NCBI GenBank assembly: GCA_001642005.1
Contig: LWCA01000086.1
Span: forward strand, 1 to 57,358
Direction of reading: 5' to 3'
Source of the DNA: Intoshia linei
Lineage: Eukaryota; Animalia; Orthonectida
Length of the DNA stretch: 57,358 nucleotides
Under the pieces are notes generated by a model. That model made no database searches. It had not been told where the DNA came from and was given only the letters and a program-made list of their open reading frames with translations. Positions 13,460 to 27,134 of this stretch are shown one piece after another; position 1 is the first letter of the stretch; each line of letters starts with the position of its first letter. Both the position numbers and the translations under genes were made by a program.

Positions 13460-16400
13460 TTAATAATCTATATCTAAAGTTAAATCAACTTTGGCAATAA
13501 CTGTTGGTTCTCCTGTAGTAGTTCCACGTAATCCTTTAAAGAACACTTGTGGTTTTGGTACGTCACTTGATTTAACAGCCATTGTTTGAGATGATTTTTC
13601 TCTAAAAAAAATTCATTAGCAGTTTTTAGTTACAGGGTGGCGTACTGCACGCGCCGTTATCCGATATAAATTTTATTTAAGTACCATCAGTAAAATAGTG
13701 TCACTGTGGAAACCAAAAATATTGAAAAACACTCAAATTTATTTTTAGATGTAGTCTATTCTATTGATACTACACTAACTATAAGTAACTTATAATTAAA
13801 ATAGTAAAAAAAATACATAATTTAGGATTTTATGAATTTATGTTAAGTATAATGTTATTTTAGACGTAATTATGGGTTGCATGTAAATATTGCATTTATA
13901 TTATTTAGAATATAATTACTTTGGTAGATATACTTGGGTGCAATTATCTATTCTGTAATTGCTATTATCAGTTTGAATAGAATGTGTCATTTTTTTCCGT
14001 AAATTAACCTAATAATATTATTAATGCATACAATTAAAAATTAAAATCTTGAAATAGTTTATTCGTGACTTGACGTAGAAAAATGTAAATTGTTTTTTCT
14101 GTTATCTGAAGAAAAATATTGGTTATGATTTTTTGATTTTTCAAAATAATGAGTAATTTGTGGTTTTGACCGAAGGTGCAAAGTTTGGAGATTTAACTGT
14201 ATCTTACTGTCATAGCCAGAAAAAAACCTGATTAGAATTTGTGTTCTTTAAATTTAAATTTTTTGAGACGTTTAATTTTCTAAATATATAGTTATACATC
14301 GACAGACAGACACATTTTAGCAAGTTTTACTTTTCAAAATGTATGAACATAAATAAATACAAGTTTTATCGCTTTTCTACGCAATTCCCATTCGTTCCAA
14401 TCATAATTTTTGATAATTATTGAATTATAGAAATGTGTATCAGTTTGACAAGTTGATTCATTTGTAGTAATTGGATGGCGTGGTTGATCAAGTTGTTTAG
14501 ACTGTTGAAAAAAATTATTTGATTTTAAAATAAAATTACTCCAAAAACAGAAAATGAATCATATTGTCTATGTAGTTGTAAAAATTGGATCAATTCAGAA
14601 TTTGATTTGGCAATTTGTAATATACTTGACAAATAACTAAATAAAATATAACCATCTGTAATTATAATATTATAATATTAAATTATATATTAATATTAGT
14701 ATTAATATTAACATGTAAATAATAATTATATAAATTGTATATCAACATTACCATAAAACGACTAAAATAAACAGAATTTTAATTTCGTAAAATTTAAAAT
14801 TTATTCACATTTTAAAAAAATATTTTTTCAGTAAAATGTTATGAAATGTATATTATATTTGAATATTTACAAATCTGGGTTTTCACAAAATTCTCGTGCA
14901 GCATCAGCGTTAGAAAAAGCATAATATTTGCATTTATAATTCAATACACCGATATTTGAATTGGCTCTTTTCAAAATTCCACCTTCATTTACCAATGTTG
15001 TTGGACAGAAACTCTAATATTTAATATTTAAAATTTAAACTTTATATTAAGAATAAGTAACGTTTGTATGCACAAAATATAAACTATGGTTCTCAATTGT
15101 TTCTAGTGAAATCATCTATTATATAATTAAATTTATCAAAAAAAAATTTTAATCACCCATGACTAAAAAGTAATGAAAATTTGACGGAAACTTCAGCAAA
15201 ATTATACATAACGGTAATATTACTAATTTTTGTTTAAATCTCAAAATCAAAGATATTTCGTCAGTTATTGATAACCAGTAATATAGAGATTAAATACATG
15301 CATGTTAATTATATTAGAAGTGTAAATTACTCTGAATTGAAGCATGTTATTTGAAAAATGTTTGACTTTTTCAATATCTATCCAATCGTAATGTATAAAT
15401 GGACTTTTATCAAAACTAATATTTACGTTTAGGCCAGGCTAAAAATAATTTAATCAGTATTATACACTTTATAATGGAGTAGTTAAAGTATATTACGATT
15501 TTGGTAAAGTACATCTCTAATTAATACTAAAAAATGTTGATAATTTCAATTAATTTAAAATTGCACATCAAGACATCAGATCCGAACCTACCGTACCGAG
15601 ACCCCTCTGTGGGACTGACTCCAAAAATCCGAGTCGGCTCATAAATTTGTATATGAAATTTTTAATAGATTCATTAGATATTGTATAAAAGGCTTCCAAT
15701 GAGCCTTTAAAAAAATTAAAATTTTCATGAGTACCAAATTAATGCGTCGACAACTTATTTTATATAAACTGAAATGTATATTGATATGTAAAGTAAATTA
15801 ATCGATAAAAATGGTTAAATTTATAGCTACCACCAACAATTTTGAAATTTTCAGTTAGGAAACCCTGCTATATACTCCTTATTAGCCATATTAATATAAA
15901 GTCAAATGTACCTTTTCTTTAAAATTAAATGAAATGTAATCGTTTATAACACTATTATCCATCATATTTTTCTCATTCTAAAGTTTATTACATATTAGTT
16001 TATAATTTGTCTTTGATGGTTGTGTCATTGTAAAGGAGTGATTTTTAACCTTGTTAGTGGTTAGGTGCGGTGCTTATGAGTAGATTTCAGGTGCGTCGCC
16101 AAGAAATTTAAATTAATTTTATAAATTACAATTAAATATTTATTAAAATTATTATAATAATTATTAAAAATAAATAATTACATTTATCATTATTTGATGA
16201 AAATTTTGGGAATTACTATTTATTAATGTTAATATAGTATTTATATTAACAAAATTTAAATAATACGGTACACACCAAAAATATGTTCTTTACTGAATTT
16301 AAGTTAGATGGAATGTAATTTTTTATTATTACGATTTTATATTTGTATTTACATTTTCGAATATCTGTTTTTTTCTTATCAAAATTTAAGGTGCGCCAAA

Positions 16401-19400
16401 ATTTTTATTTATATTATCAGAATCGACCTGAAATAAAAATGTTAAGAAACACTGATGTAAATGGTTGCTCATATCCGATAAAGAATTTTCAATATAAATC
16501 AAATAAACACTACCTCAACATAAATATTCAGAGAGTTGAATATGTTGGTAATAACACTAAGAATAATCATTTCATCTTGTATACTAGACCATAATTCACT
16601 AATGTAATTGAATTTTGGCTAAATTATAACATAAATTGTATGTTAAAATTATATTCATTAATAAATAGTACATAGACGGAATTAGTCGCTATTGCTGTTT
16701 TGTTTTGTAAAGTATTGTGCAATTCAACTAAAATTTCGGATAACTTTTGTTTGAGTGATTCTGTATGCTTGGCACATGTAACGACATCTTTCTATTTAAA
16801 AAATAAAACATAACATTATAATGGTAATAATATTATTCGAGTATTTTGTCTGTCATGTATTATTATACAAACAGTGGGTAGCTCAGTGGAGGGGATGATT
16901 TCACATATATTTTGAACAAATTTCATCAAAATCAAACCTTATTCGCCGAGTTAAATACGTATGGAACAATTCCGACAGAATAAGGGAATTATGCAAAACA
17001 TTGATTGAGGGCATGCCTAGGCCTCTTACATTATACTACAGCATGTAGTACTGCTAAGGGTAGTAAAACAAAATACTAATTATATAATGTTACTAATAAA
17101 TAGATTTATTTAAAATTGTTATCAATTTAAACATCGATAACTAACAATTAGCAATAATTTCATATTAATTTTTCCAACATTGTAAATTTTTACCTATTTC
17201 ATATCAAATTCATTTAATTTTGCTAATCAAAAATGTTAATTAAATAGATAAAAATTAAATCATAAATTATTGTTGTAAACATTGAAATCTCTAAAATGCA
17301 TAATTTCATAAGATCCATTTCAAAATGATACAATTTCATTCATTTATAGAAAATTATTAAATTTAATGATAAATTAAAGACCCAAGGAAAATCTGGACAA
17401 TACCATAATTAATCAAGATGAGTCAATTTTATTAACAAACATTTTACTTATATAGAATTGATGTCTGTGTATGTCTGATGTGTGTCGGTTGCTACCGTTT
17501 ATTTCAAACTTAAAAGTCGTATAACTTAAAAAAATTCAATTTTAAATAAATTTTTTCGCGAATGATGTCTATAACTAAGTTTTATTTGCCCAAATTTAAC
17601 CCTTCAGGGTAAAAAACCCAATTTTCCCTTTTTTTATACTATAGAATCAGCCCAAAAATTTAAAAAACACACACTCTAGAAAACTTTTTAAAATCATTAA
17701 AGTTTCCATAAATCTGAGCCTCAGAAACGTACACCTTCATGGTCAAAACAACAAATTACCCTTTTTTTAAAATCATAAGTAATATCATAAATTAAAACCT
17801 CTCAAAAGTGTCTTAAATCGCAGATGACCCTTTTTAGAATTTAAAAAAATAGATTATTTAATAGTTCATTCCAGTTGATATCGATAAAAAATTTTAACCT
17901 CAGAAATCTACGCATTCCGTTATACATATATAAATACGTGAAAAATAACTTTTAACATAATATCAACGAATATTTTTCAAATCTTAAATTTCAAAGATTA
18001 AAATTAAAAATTAAAACGTAAATATTCTTCCTACAATTTCAAAAAAAATGGGAATTCACTGTATACACATTTTAAATACAGAAATATGGGTTTCAACCTC
18101 ATAACTTGATTCCTTCTATTTTTTTATCATTACTACGCAATTTCTCATTTTCAAAGCTTTCAACGCTTTTAAAATTTAGAATCAACGTAACTATATATAA
18201 CTTTCTTGGTATAATTTTTAGATTTAGTCTAAATGTATTTCAATGTTGATAACATTGCTTCATCTGGTTTTCGCTGTGAAGATATAAATTATTGAGGTTG
18301 AAATTAATGATAATACTCATGATTCTAAAATCTGTATCAGGATTTATGTTTTTTTCAATTCTAAGACTCTTTTTATTCTTAAAAAATGATAACTTGAGTT
18401 TTGACCATAAGGGCGGCAATTTCTGAGTTTGAATTTTATCTTAATATCTTTTCCGGATAAAACTTTTAAAATTTTTGAAATTTCTAATACCGTCAGTTTT
18501 TTCAATAAATGGTTACACAATGTGTATCTGTATTACAGATACACATTTTATCAATAACTAATATTTATTGTAAAGTTATTGTAATTTAGATTTACGTTAC
18601 GTGTAATTAAATATTGTATAAATTCTATGCAATATAAAAATTAACCAAAATTATTTTGACATAAATTTCATATTGATGTAAATTTATTTGAATCATTTTT
18701 GCAAATTGTTGTGTAATTGGAAATTTTTCAGGTGGTTCAGTATTTTGTAATATTTGCAGTAAGTCTAATATTTCTCATCATTTCAAAATTAAAATTAAAA
18801 TTTTAAAAGAATCATACTATTGCATGCAAGTATATTTTTTGAATTTTTTTCTAATTCATTGTCCAAATTTCGAGTTGTTTGTGGAATAGCTTCATTTAAT
18901 AACCCGATCACTACATAAAAAGTCATAAGTCAAAATATTCAATAAATTATTACAATCATCAAAATTTCCACATTCTTTGGCACAATCTTTATTAAACAAT
19001 CGAATACCTACAACCAAACAATTTAAATCATTCAATTGATTTTCTTTGGGAACCCTATTTTGAATCATAAAATTGGCCAATTCAGTTTGCGGAAAAATAC
19101 TTTGCAATGCAGCTAATTAATTTTATAATCCATTAATTTATTATTATTAATATTATTAAATTATATTCCAATAAATAGTTTAATTTACCAGTCGTTTCTC
19201 TAATCACAGTGATATCTGTAGCGTTTCCCATACCAGATTTTAGAATACAAAATGAAACTATTTTTCGATATAAGCTTTCCAATTCTTCCTTGTTTCTGGC
19301 TCGACAGTCACAAATTTCATTTAATATTGGTAATAATCGAGCATTTAAAACTCTTTTATGTTCCATTAAAAAACTGGCTAATTAAAAAAATTATGATTGT

Positions 19401-19782
19401 TTAAATTAAATTTAAATTTCAAAATTTGATATACCCCGATCAGCGTAATTCATATCAAAATCAATTTGCATTTTTATAGTGTCTAAAGATGGAACATCCA
19501 ATGTCATTAGTTTTTTAACACACAGCTATCAAATTAAGATTAAAATTAAAAATACTAAATCAAGTGCAAACTAAAAAGTACCGTTATCAAACGTTGAACA
19601 TCATTTTTAGTGAGGTAACGATCAATATAAAAATTATTTTTTGGATCCAATGCTACAGCTTTAACGATAAAAGCAACCAAAACTTCGGAAACTGTTGTAC
19701 CACGAGATAGACATTCTCTAGAAATTTCAACAATAATATTTCTAATAACCCCTTCAGTCTGTTGTATACTAGCTTGATCCAT
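13460..19782 (-). CDS. CFAP206: Cilia- and flagella-associated protein 206, ~15 exons
   Basis: Phase-compatible GT-AG exons: 19782-19582, 19525-19435, 19377-19189, 19112-18954, 18910-18818, 18764-18646, 16791-16672, 16618-16514, 15977-15912 (least certain), 15438-15331, 15013-14871, 14636-14540, 14501-14361, 14008-13920, 13601-13460. Peptides AFIVKAVALDP, SLDTIKMQIDFDMNY, KEELESLYRKI, ALQSIFPQTEL, GIRLFNKDC, YDWNEWELRRKAIKL and VPKPQVFFKGLRG are colinear with CFAP206. Confidence 0.93.
16036..16454. mobile_element. Degenerate hAT MITE in a CFAP206 intron
   Basis: Termini GAGTGATTTTTAAC / GTTAAGAAACACTG, with imperfect 8-bp flanks TTGTAAAG/ATGTAAAT. Confidence 0.55.
16962..17079 (+). pseudogene. 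Tc1 transposase C-terminal relic in a CFAP206 intron
   Basis: Frameshifted W..IP ... LIEGMPRPL ... AKGSKTKY* matches the Tc1 C-terminal consensus (SMPRRL.AVI.AKGG.TKY*). Confidence 0.65.
17445..18010 (+). repeat. Helitron-like non-autonomous repeat copy
   Basis: TG-rich head followed by TACCGTTTATTTCAA and internal subrepeats shared with 21820-22330, 41930-42310 and 48175-48650. Boundaries approximate. Confidence 0.5.
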
Positions 19783-19928
19783 TATATTAATACCCAATTC
19801 ATTTATAGTATATATTTGTTTATATTACCAAGTGATTCTTTTAATTAATATACAATTTAGTAAAATTTACATTGTAAAACTACAATTTATGTATAAAGTA
19901 TAGTTGCAACTTTTATTTTAAAAAATAA

Positions 19929-22900
19929 CTAACAAATACTACTACATTTTATATTTTTAATTTTTTCACATTTTGTGGCCGAATCTGCTTTTTTTAAAGA
20001 TTTAATCTCATCATTGTTTGCTTTAGCTTTTAAAGGAGTTGGTACATTTTTTATTTCATCTCTAGATATTTCCAAGTTATTGGATTTTGATATTATTTCA
20101 TTTTCGATGGTATCCTCCAGGATTTTTTCTTCTGTTTCTATCGATTGATCAACTGTTGTGCCACTAAATGTAGACATATCCGGAGCATTCCAAATCAAAA
20201 TTGAGCCATCTTCTCCAACGCTTACAATAGTATTATTATCCGGACTATTTTAAACAATTAACCGATATATTCATCAAAAGGTTTACCTTATTTTTAATTT
20301 CGTAATTGAAGCACCGTGTAATTCACCGTAATGGGTCATAATTCCTTCTTCATAGTCCCATACCTAGATTTTAATTTATTAAAAATAATTAGTAATTGTA
20401 TTATTTGTGGTTATTAACGTTAGTTAGTGCGATACCTTTATTTATTGTTTTGTATAGAAATGTAAAAACCTTTAAAATTTTATCATCACCGCCGCTAACA
20501 AAAAACTTTCCATTCGAGCAAATATCCATCCCATTAATACACCCTGACTGAGAAGCTTCAATTTCTCTGATATTACTCGCATCGTACGTTTCCCAGTAAC
20601 CAACTTTTCTGTCGTTGCCTGTTGTAATAATTTGATATTCATCTGGCGTGTAGCACACATATTTGAATAATGTGTTTAAACGAATCATGTGAATTCGAAT
20701 TTGTGTCCTACAATAAACATGTTTACCTTTGATAATGTCAAAAAATCATACTCTAAATTCCAGATTATACAAGAACCGTCGGTACTGGAAGTAACACATT
20801 CGTTGTTATTATTTCTCATTTTAATACAAGTAACACGGGCTTTATGTTCATTAAGAGAAAACAGCAATTTATCAACATACATAGAACCTCTTTTTGTTTC
20901 CATTCTTTCTACTTGCCAAACACGAATTACACCTATGTATGAGTGAATGAATTATCTTTAATAAGTTATTTATCTAACCTTCATTAGAACCACTAATCAA
21001 TTTATTGGCATACGAGAAAATGCAAATGGCTGTTACTTCACTGATGTGAGCATTATGTATCGTGTACATTTTTCGACCTGATTGTGGATAATATGTTCTA
21101 ATTCTTCCATCGTTCCAGCCTACAATATGATATAAATCAGGGTTTAGTTTGAAATAGAAAAACATTTACAATGAGGAATAATCAAAAAATATAGGGTTCA
21201 CAGAGCATCTTTACTTATATAAAGTAACTAGCTTGGCTGTTTTGTACTTCGTACAAACAGCATTTAGCTCTGCCGACAGTAGCTTTTTTAATTTTACCAA
21301 AAAAATTAAATCTTACTTAAAAATGCTACCATTCACCATTACCAATCTGTTAAACTTTAACTTAAAGAAATGCTCCAAACGTGTAAAAACATGTTTTTAT
21401 TTTTAAATTCTAGGACCATTAATTATATCAAATTTTTGTTTTAATCAAATAATAATCAAAAAAAATAAATTGAAACAGTAAATTTATTCCATAAAAACTC
21501 TCTTTAAAATATGGTAAAAAAAATTTTGTGTGTATTAACTTGAGATGACAGTATGAACTGTTATTTTTTTAAAAATTCTGGGAATATTTTCATTTTTTGA
21601 AAAAAGAGTAATTTGTGGTTTTGGCCTGAATATATTAATTTTTAAAATTTAAATTTATGGCAATTTTCATGATATTAAAATCTACATCAAAGTGTATATT
21701 TTTTTAAATTCTAGGTCCATTAATTATGTAATACTCTGATACAGCTTATTTCATTTTATCATGATACAAAATTAAACTCCAAAAATATACGCATTCCCTG
21801 TAAAAACTAAGTTTTAATATATCCATACTTATATAATATGCTGCGCTATTTTTGTTTGTGTGTGTGTTCCACTTTATTTAAATAACTACCCGTCTTAGAA
21901 TTTTATAAAGTCCACATTTCAATTACAGTTTTTTCCGGGGGTGTTCGCAAACAAATTTCAACCTCCTCAAACTCATATCTTACGGGTCAAAAACCCCAAT
22001 TGTCCCTCTTTTTGAAAATCAAACGAGTTGGAGAATTTAAAAAAATATATACACTGATACGGATTTTAAAATTATAAACATTATCATAAATTTAAATTCA
22101 AAAAATTACCCCAATTCATAACCCCAAATTACCCTTCTTTTTTGAATGAAAACAGCCATAAAATTTAAAAAAATGTAAAATAATTAACGGTCCAAAAATT
22201 GAAAAAAAATTATTCTGATAGAGCTTATTCCAGTTGATATAAATACAAAAGTTCAAACCCAAAAAATCTACGCATTCCCGATGAAAAATATTGTATATAA
22301 TGTTACTGTTAATAATTTTTGCTTTTAAAAATAAAAACAAAATGAAAACCAATGTGCTTTTTTTTAACCGTTAAAAATTTACTTTGTCAGATTAAAATTT
22401 TTTGTGTGTGTATTAATTGGATATAAATGTATCAGCGGTAATTTTTTTTTTAAATTCTAGGATTTTATATTTTTTAAAAAAAGGGTAATCTGTGATTGTG
22501 ATCGTGAAAATTAACGTTTTTGAGGTCATTTATGCTAATTCTTACGATTTTAAAAACTATCCCAGAATTTATGTTTGATAAAATTTTAAAACTTTTATCA
22601 TTTTTTAAATACAGAGTAATTTGCTGGTTTGACCATGAAAATGTACGTTTTTGAGGTTGAGATTTACGACAATGTTAATGATTTTAAAATACGTTCAAAA
22701 TATATGCTTTTTCAAATTTTTGGTATATTTTATTTTTAAAAAAAAAGACCAAGTTACGTTTTTGCCCTTGAAGGACTCAATTTAATCAATCAATCTCAAA
22801 TGAAACTTAGATATAAACATCACTGAAATATTACAAAAAACTGTATTAAAAACTGAGTTTTTTGAAATTCTAAGACTGTTAATTTTATAAATAAATGCTA

Positions 22901-25676
22901 AGACGTATTCAACCACACAGACTTTCCATTTTATATACACGTAATTGTAAATAAAAGATATCATAAATTGTAAAAAAGTTTGGTACACCTAATTTAAATT
23001 ACCACTAATAATCTTTGAACCATCTGTTGAAAATTCAAGGCAATTGCAAGTCATATTTGGAACATTAATTCGCAATAATTCTAGTCTCTTTTTACTATCC
23101 CATATTCTAATGTTTTCAAAAGAACAAGTTGCAAATATTCTTGAACAGTCTCTACATAAATAAGTCAATAAGTAACGGTAATAAACATTTAAAGGGAAAT
23201 AAATGTAAACAATATAAATAATTTTACGAGACATAAAATATTACTTTGGAAAAACAATATCATTAATAGGATGGCCATGGCTAGTAAAAATTAATTCATG
23301 TTTAAAATTTGCCAAATCAAATTTGTAAATACTACATTTTCCAGTTGAAACATAAAACTAAAAAATAAATTGTAATAATAATTTTTATAAACAATACTTG
23401 ATGTCCAGCGCCTCTCAAAACAATAGAAGTAACGCCACCATCTAATTTAACTGAAGCTCTTAATAAAATTAAAAATTATGAAATTTAATATTACCTCTTT
23501 TTAGAAATATTTTGGTCCGTTAAAGATACAACTCCCTCATTAGTACCAATTAAAAGATAGTTGTTTTTTAGGTATTTAATATTTATAACACCCAATGTGT
23601 ATAAATTTTTTTTTGGAACAACACTCATTAATTTGCAAGAATTTAAGGAAATTATCAAAATGTCACCTGTTGTAGATCCACAATAACTAACTGAATCGTC
23701 GTGTGCTACCTTAATATAATTCATTTATTAATAACAGTATAATATATTAATATATATTAGTTATTATTAATAATTAACAGGGGTCTCAAACATTTTTTAT
23801 CACAGAACGGTCATTTCATAAAAAACTTTTCAATTTTTCAATAAACACTGGTAGGTCCGCGGATCTGCAATTAGGAGGCGTTACATTATTTTTATTGTCA
23901 ACTATTATCATTGAAAACTGTACTAGATTGATAAAATGGGATTTTTTAGGGTTAAAATAAATGGATTAAACATTTAGGATTTCGGATTTGTGATCTTGGA
24001 AAATTTTAATTAGGTTTAGATAAATTCATCCAATAAGTGTTTTTAATGGACTGAATCTGTTAATTATTAATACACAATATTTTTTACTTATCGAAAGGGA
24101 TACTTAATATATTTCATCACATTATGATGATGAAAGAAAATACCACAGGCATTTACATTTTTTTTTGAAATTGAGTTTATTTGTCACGATTTTTATAATT
24201 GTAGTGTTTTTACATTATTTTTAAGATTATACACACATTGTCATTTACTTAATATGTGTCAAAAATCATAAATCAAATGGAATGTCTGTGTTTGAGTGTG
24301 TTACCGTTTAATCAAAAAATTAAGTCTTAAAATTTAAAAAAACCTGATATTAATTATTAAGGGGTATATTGAATTTTTAATTTGGATTTATAGGAGTTAT
24401 CATGCATATAATACTTATAACCATGTCTAATTTCATAGCCAAAATATTTCTCTGTAAACTTTCGAAACGTCTCAACATTTTGATAGGATATGGTAAACTA
24501 CTAAAATCCAGCATAATACTTCATGATCATACCTCTACACAAATTATATTTCTTTTAATTTGACCTGTTGCACAATCAATACTTTTAATTTTTCGATTTT
24601 CTCTATGTAATTTCCAAACACGTATAGTACGTCTAAAATGAAAAATTTCATAACCAATAATTACAATTCATAAAGGTACAATAAAAGGTTAAAATATTAC
24701 TCTCCAGCAGTAACAAACGATGCATCATCATTGTTTAAAAATTTGACAACATTACATACGCCTGCTTTATCCATTTGTGCAGAATCCCCACAGATTGGGA
24801 TTCTTTTTTCCAAATCCCATATAACGATTCTAAAACAATTAATTATATTGATAATATTTAGCCTAATCAACTGGATATCTTACAATATATGTTCATTTAT
24901 GAGTTGAAAATGATAAATATGATTTCAAAAATTACTTTCCATCATCTTGTCCACCCAATGTTGCCAAATATGAAGAATTTGGAGAAAAATCAATACTAAT
25001 CATTTTTTCTTGGTGTGGCGTTTCACATCTATAATATTCATTCATGTTTTCAAAGTCCCATATTATCAATTCAGACTATTTAAATGAACAAAATAAAATT
25101 TAGTTTAAATAAAAGGTAAATGTTTAGGGTATATAAAAGATACATTATCACTAACTATTTGCCGATTAATAAAGTTGAATATGTAAAAAGATTAAAATGT
25201 TTAATTATGATATACTAGTATGATATAATAGTATGTGATGCTTATTTTTAAATACCTTAAATCCTCGATGGGTTTGATCTCCAGAACCTATAAATCTTCC
25301 ACATTTTGATACACTTATACATGAAATATTATTTTTGTGTTTAGAGATGAATGTTTGTTCTCGTTCAACTATAGATTCAATTATGACTGAGCAGCCCACA
25401 GAATAAATGAAGTATTTATTATTTGGATGTATCAACAAACCGTCAATGATACCGGCTAAATATTTAATTTACATGCAATGAAAAATAAACGACAGTAATT
25501 ACGTATTCAGTACAATCAAAATTATATTTATATACTTATAAGTTTAATTAGTAATGTATGAAACTACATAGTATGTATTTTAAATATATAATTCATTAAA
25601 CGTAAAACGCCAAAATTTTCATACCATTAAATCCAATCATTCCACCAAATTTAAGCTTTGATACTTTATCAGCCAT
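19929..25676 (-). CDS. CFAP52: Cilia- and flagella-associated protein 52 (WDR16), WD40 protein, 14 exons
   Basis: Exons 25676-25625, 25455-25256, 25075-24936, 24829-24701, 24632-24533, 23709-23495, 23458-23398, 23357-23245, 23151-23003, 21119-20979, 20932-20752, 20707-20470, 20363-20287, 20244-19929 join in frame. Diagnostic peptides: MIGFN, LATLGGQDDG, GSTTGDIL, ELLRINVPNMTC, WNDGRIR, NNECVTSSTDGSCIIW, LNTLFKYVCYTPDEYQIITTGNDRKVGYWE. Confidence 0.95.
21228..22940 (-). mobile_element. Helitron-like non-autonomous element with an oppositely oriented copy nested at ~21820-22330
   Basis: Minus-strand 3' end is a hairpin GCTGTTTGTAC-GAA-GTACAAAACAGC followed by CTAG|T at 21231-21227, the canonical Helitron terminus. 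A degenerate copy of that end is at ~42632-42700. The 5' boundary is approximate. Confidence 0.65.
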
Positions 25677-27134
25677 TTCAATATTTATAAATTAAAACTG
25701 AAATAATAAAATAATTACTTTGTATACTTTGTTTTTAAATATTTTTATTATCCACGCAACTATTCTGTTTTACTGTGATCCATATCCCGGTTGAAATTTT
25801 CAGTAAAACTATTATGCTGGTACTTGCAATTACCTTAAATTATTCTCAATGTTGAATTAAATTGTGAATTTTAATGTTCAAAATTTGAATATAACGTGTT
25901 AAATATAAAATAACATTAAAATATACCTTTTAATCATTAGACTAAATTGGAATTCGTGAAATGAATATTGACAAGATTAATATGAATATTAGACTAAGCT
26001 TTTTATTTTACTCATATTTATATAATGACGAGTTTTTAAAAATATCCAATTCGATCGTACCGAAATAATACTATGGTCAACTAAGTACATTGAAAGTACA
26101 TAAATTTTAGTCAGTCTAAAACCTATTTAACGGAATTTTTGAAACTCAAAATTTTAAGAATTCCGCTAAACAGGATGTTTAGCAATGTTTTTCTATCGAA
26201 ACGTCATATGTGTAACGGAATTATTTTAAAAATTAAAATTATTAAATATAGCTATTAAGAGATATATATCTTTATTGGAAATTGTGAATACTAAATAAAT
26301 ACATGTGAATGTTTATAATGAATTATAATAGTTATTCAAATAAGTGGGGTAAAGAGAAGTTATTTTTAGATTTTTGAAAATATTGGAATATTTTGGTTTG
26401 CTTTTTTTTATTTGAGATGTAATGAATATATTAAATTCAAGATATATTTATTTTATTTTGTAACGATAATTTAAAATTCATTTTATCTTAAATATAGAAT
26501 TTATATTGTATTAATCTTCTATATCTAACTTTACAAAACGAATTTTATGGAACATATCGATCAACCAAAACAATTATTTGATGAACGCGGGTGTATGACT
26601 AAAAGAATAAAAAGGTGGTCAATATTTTTGAGAGAATATTTATACAATAGAGCACGTTAAAGGTAAAAACAATGAAATTGCTGATTTTCTCTCTAGGCTA
26701 CCCAGTGATGATGAAATTGAAATAATTGATATTAAATATGTTCATCTTATTGCTAATACACCGTATTTAAGCATGATTGAAATTATTGATGCTGTTATCT
26801 CCGATCCTGTATTAACCAAGATAAAACAATTTGTTTCAGGAGGTTGGCCAGATAAAAGATTTTTATTAAGCAAAGAAAAAAATTTTTACCAAATAAATAC
26901 TGAATTGTGGATTAATTACAATATACTGATTAGAGGGGACTCCTTAATTGTATTGCCTGACAAATTATACGAAAAATGTATTAGTCTCGCTCATACTTAT
27001 TATATGGAGAAAACGAAAACAAAAAGGTTACTCAGGAGACACTTTTGGTTCCCATCAATGAATGATTTCATAGAAAAAGAAATTGATAAATGTAGCGCTT
27101 GTTCAGTAAGTGATAAAATAATTAAAAAATTTAA

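Noticed and set aside
15497-15516. Possible 20-nt CFAP206 microexon
   Set aside because: It would break phase between flanking exons that already join at phase 0.
19929-19950. CFAP52 terminal KCSSIC as a prenylation signal
   Set aside because: The last four residues SSIC fit neither CaaX nor CC/CxC patterns.
25747-25760. X-box-like GTTGCGTGGATAAT upstream of CFAP52
   Set aside because: Only one half-site matches and spacing departs from consensus; too weak to call.
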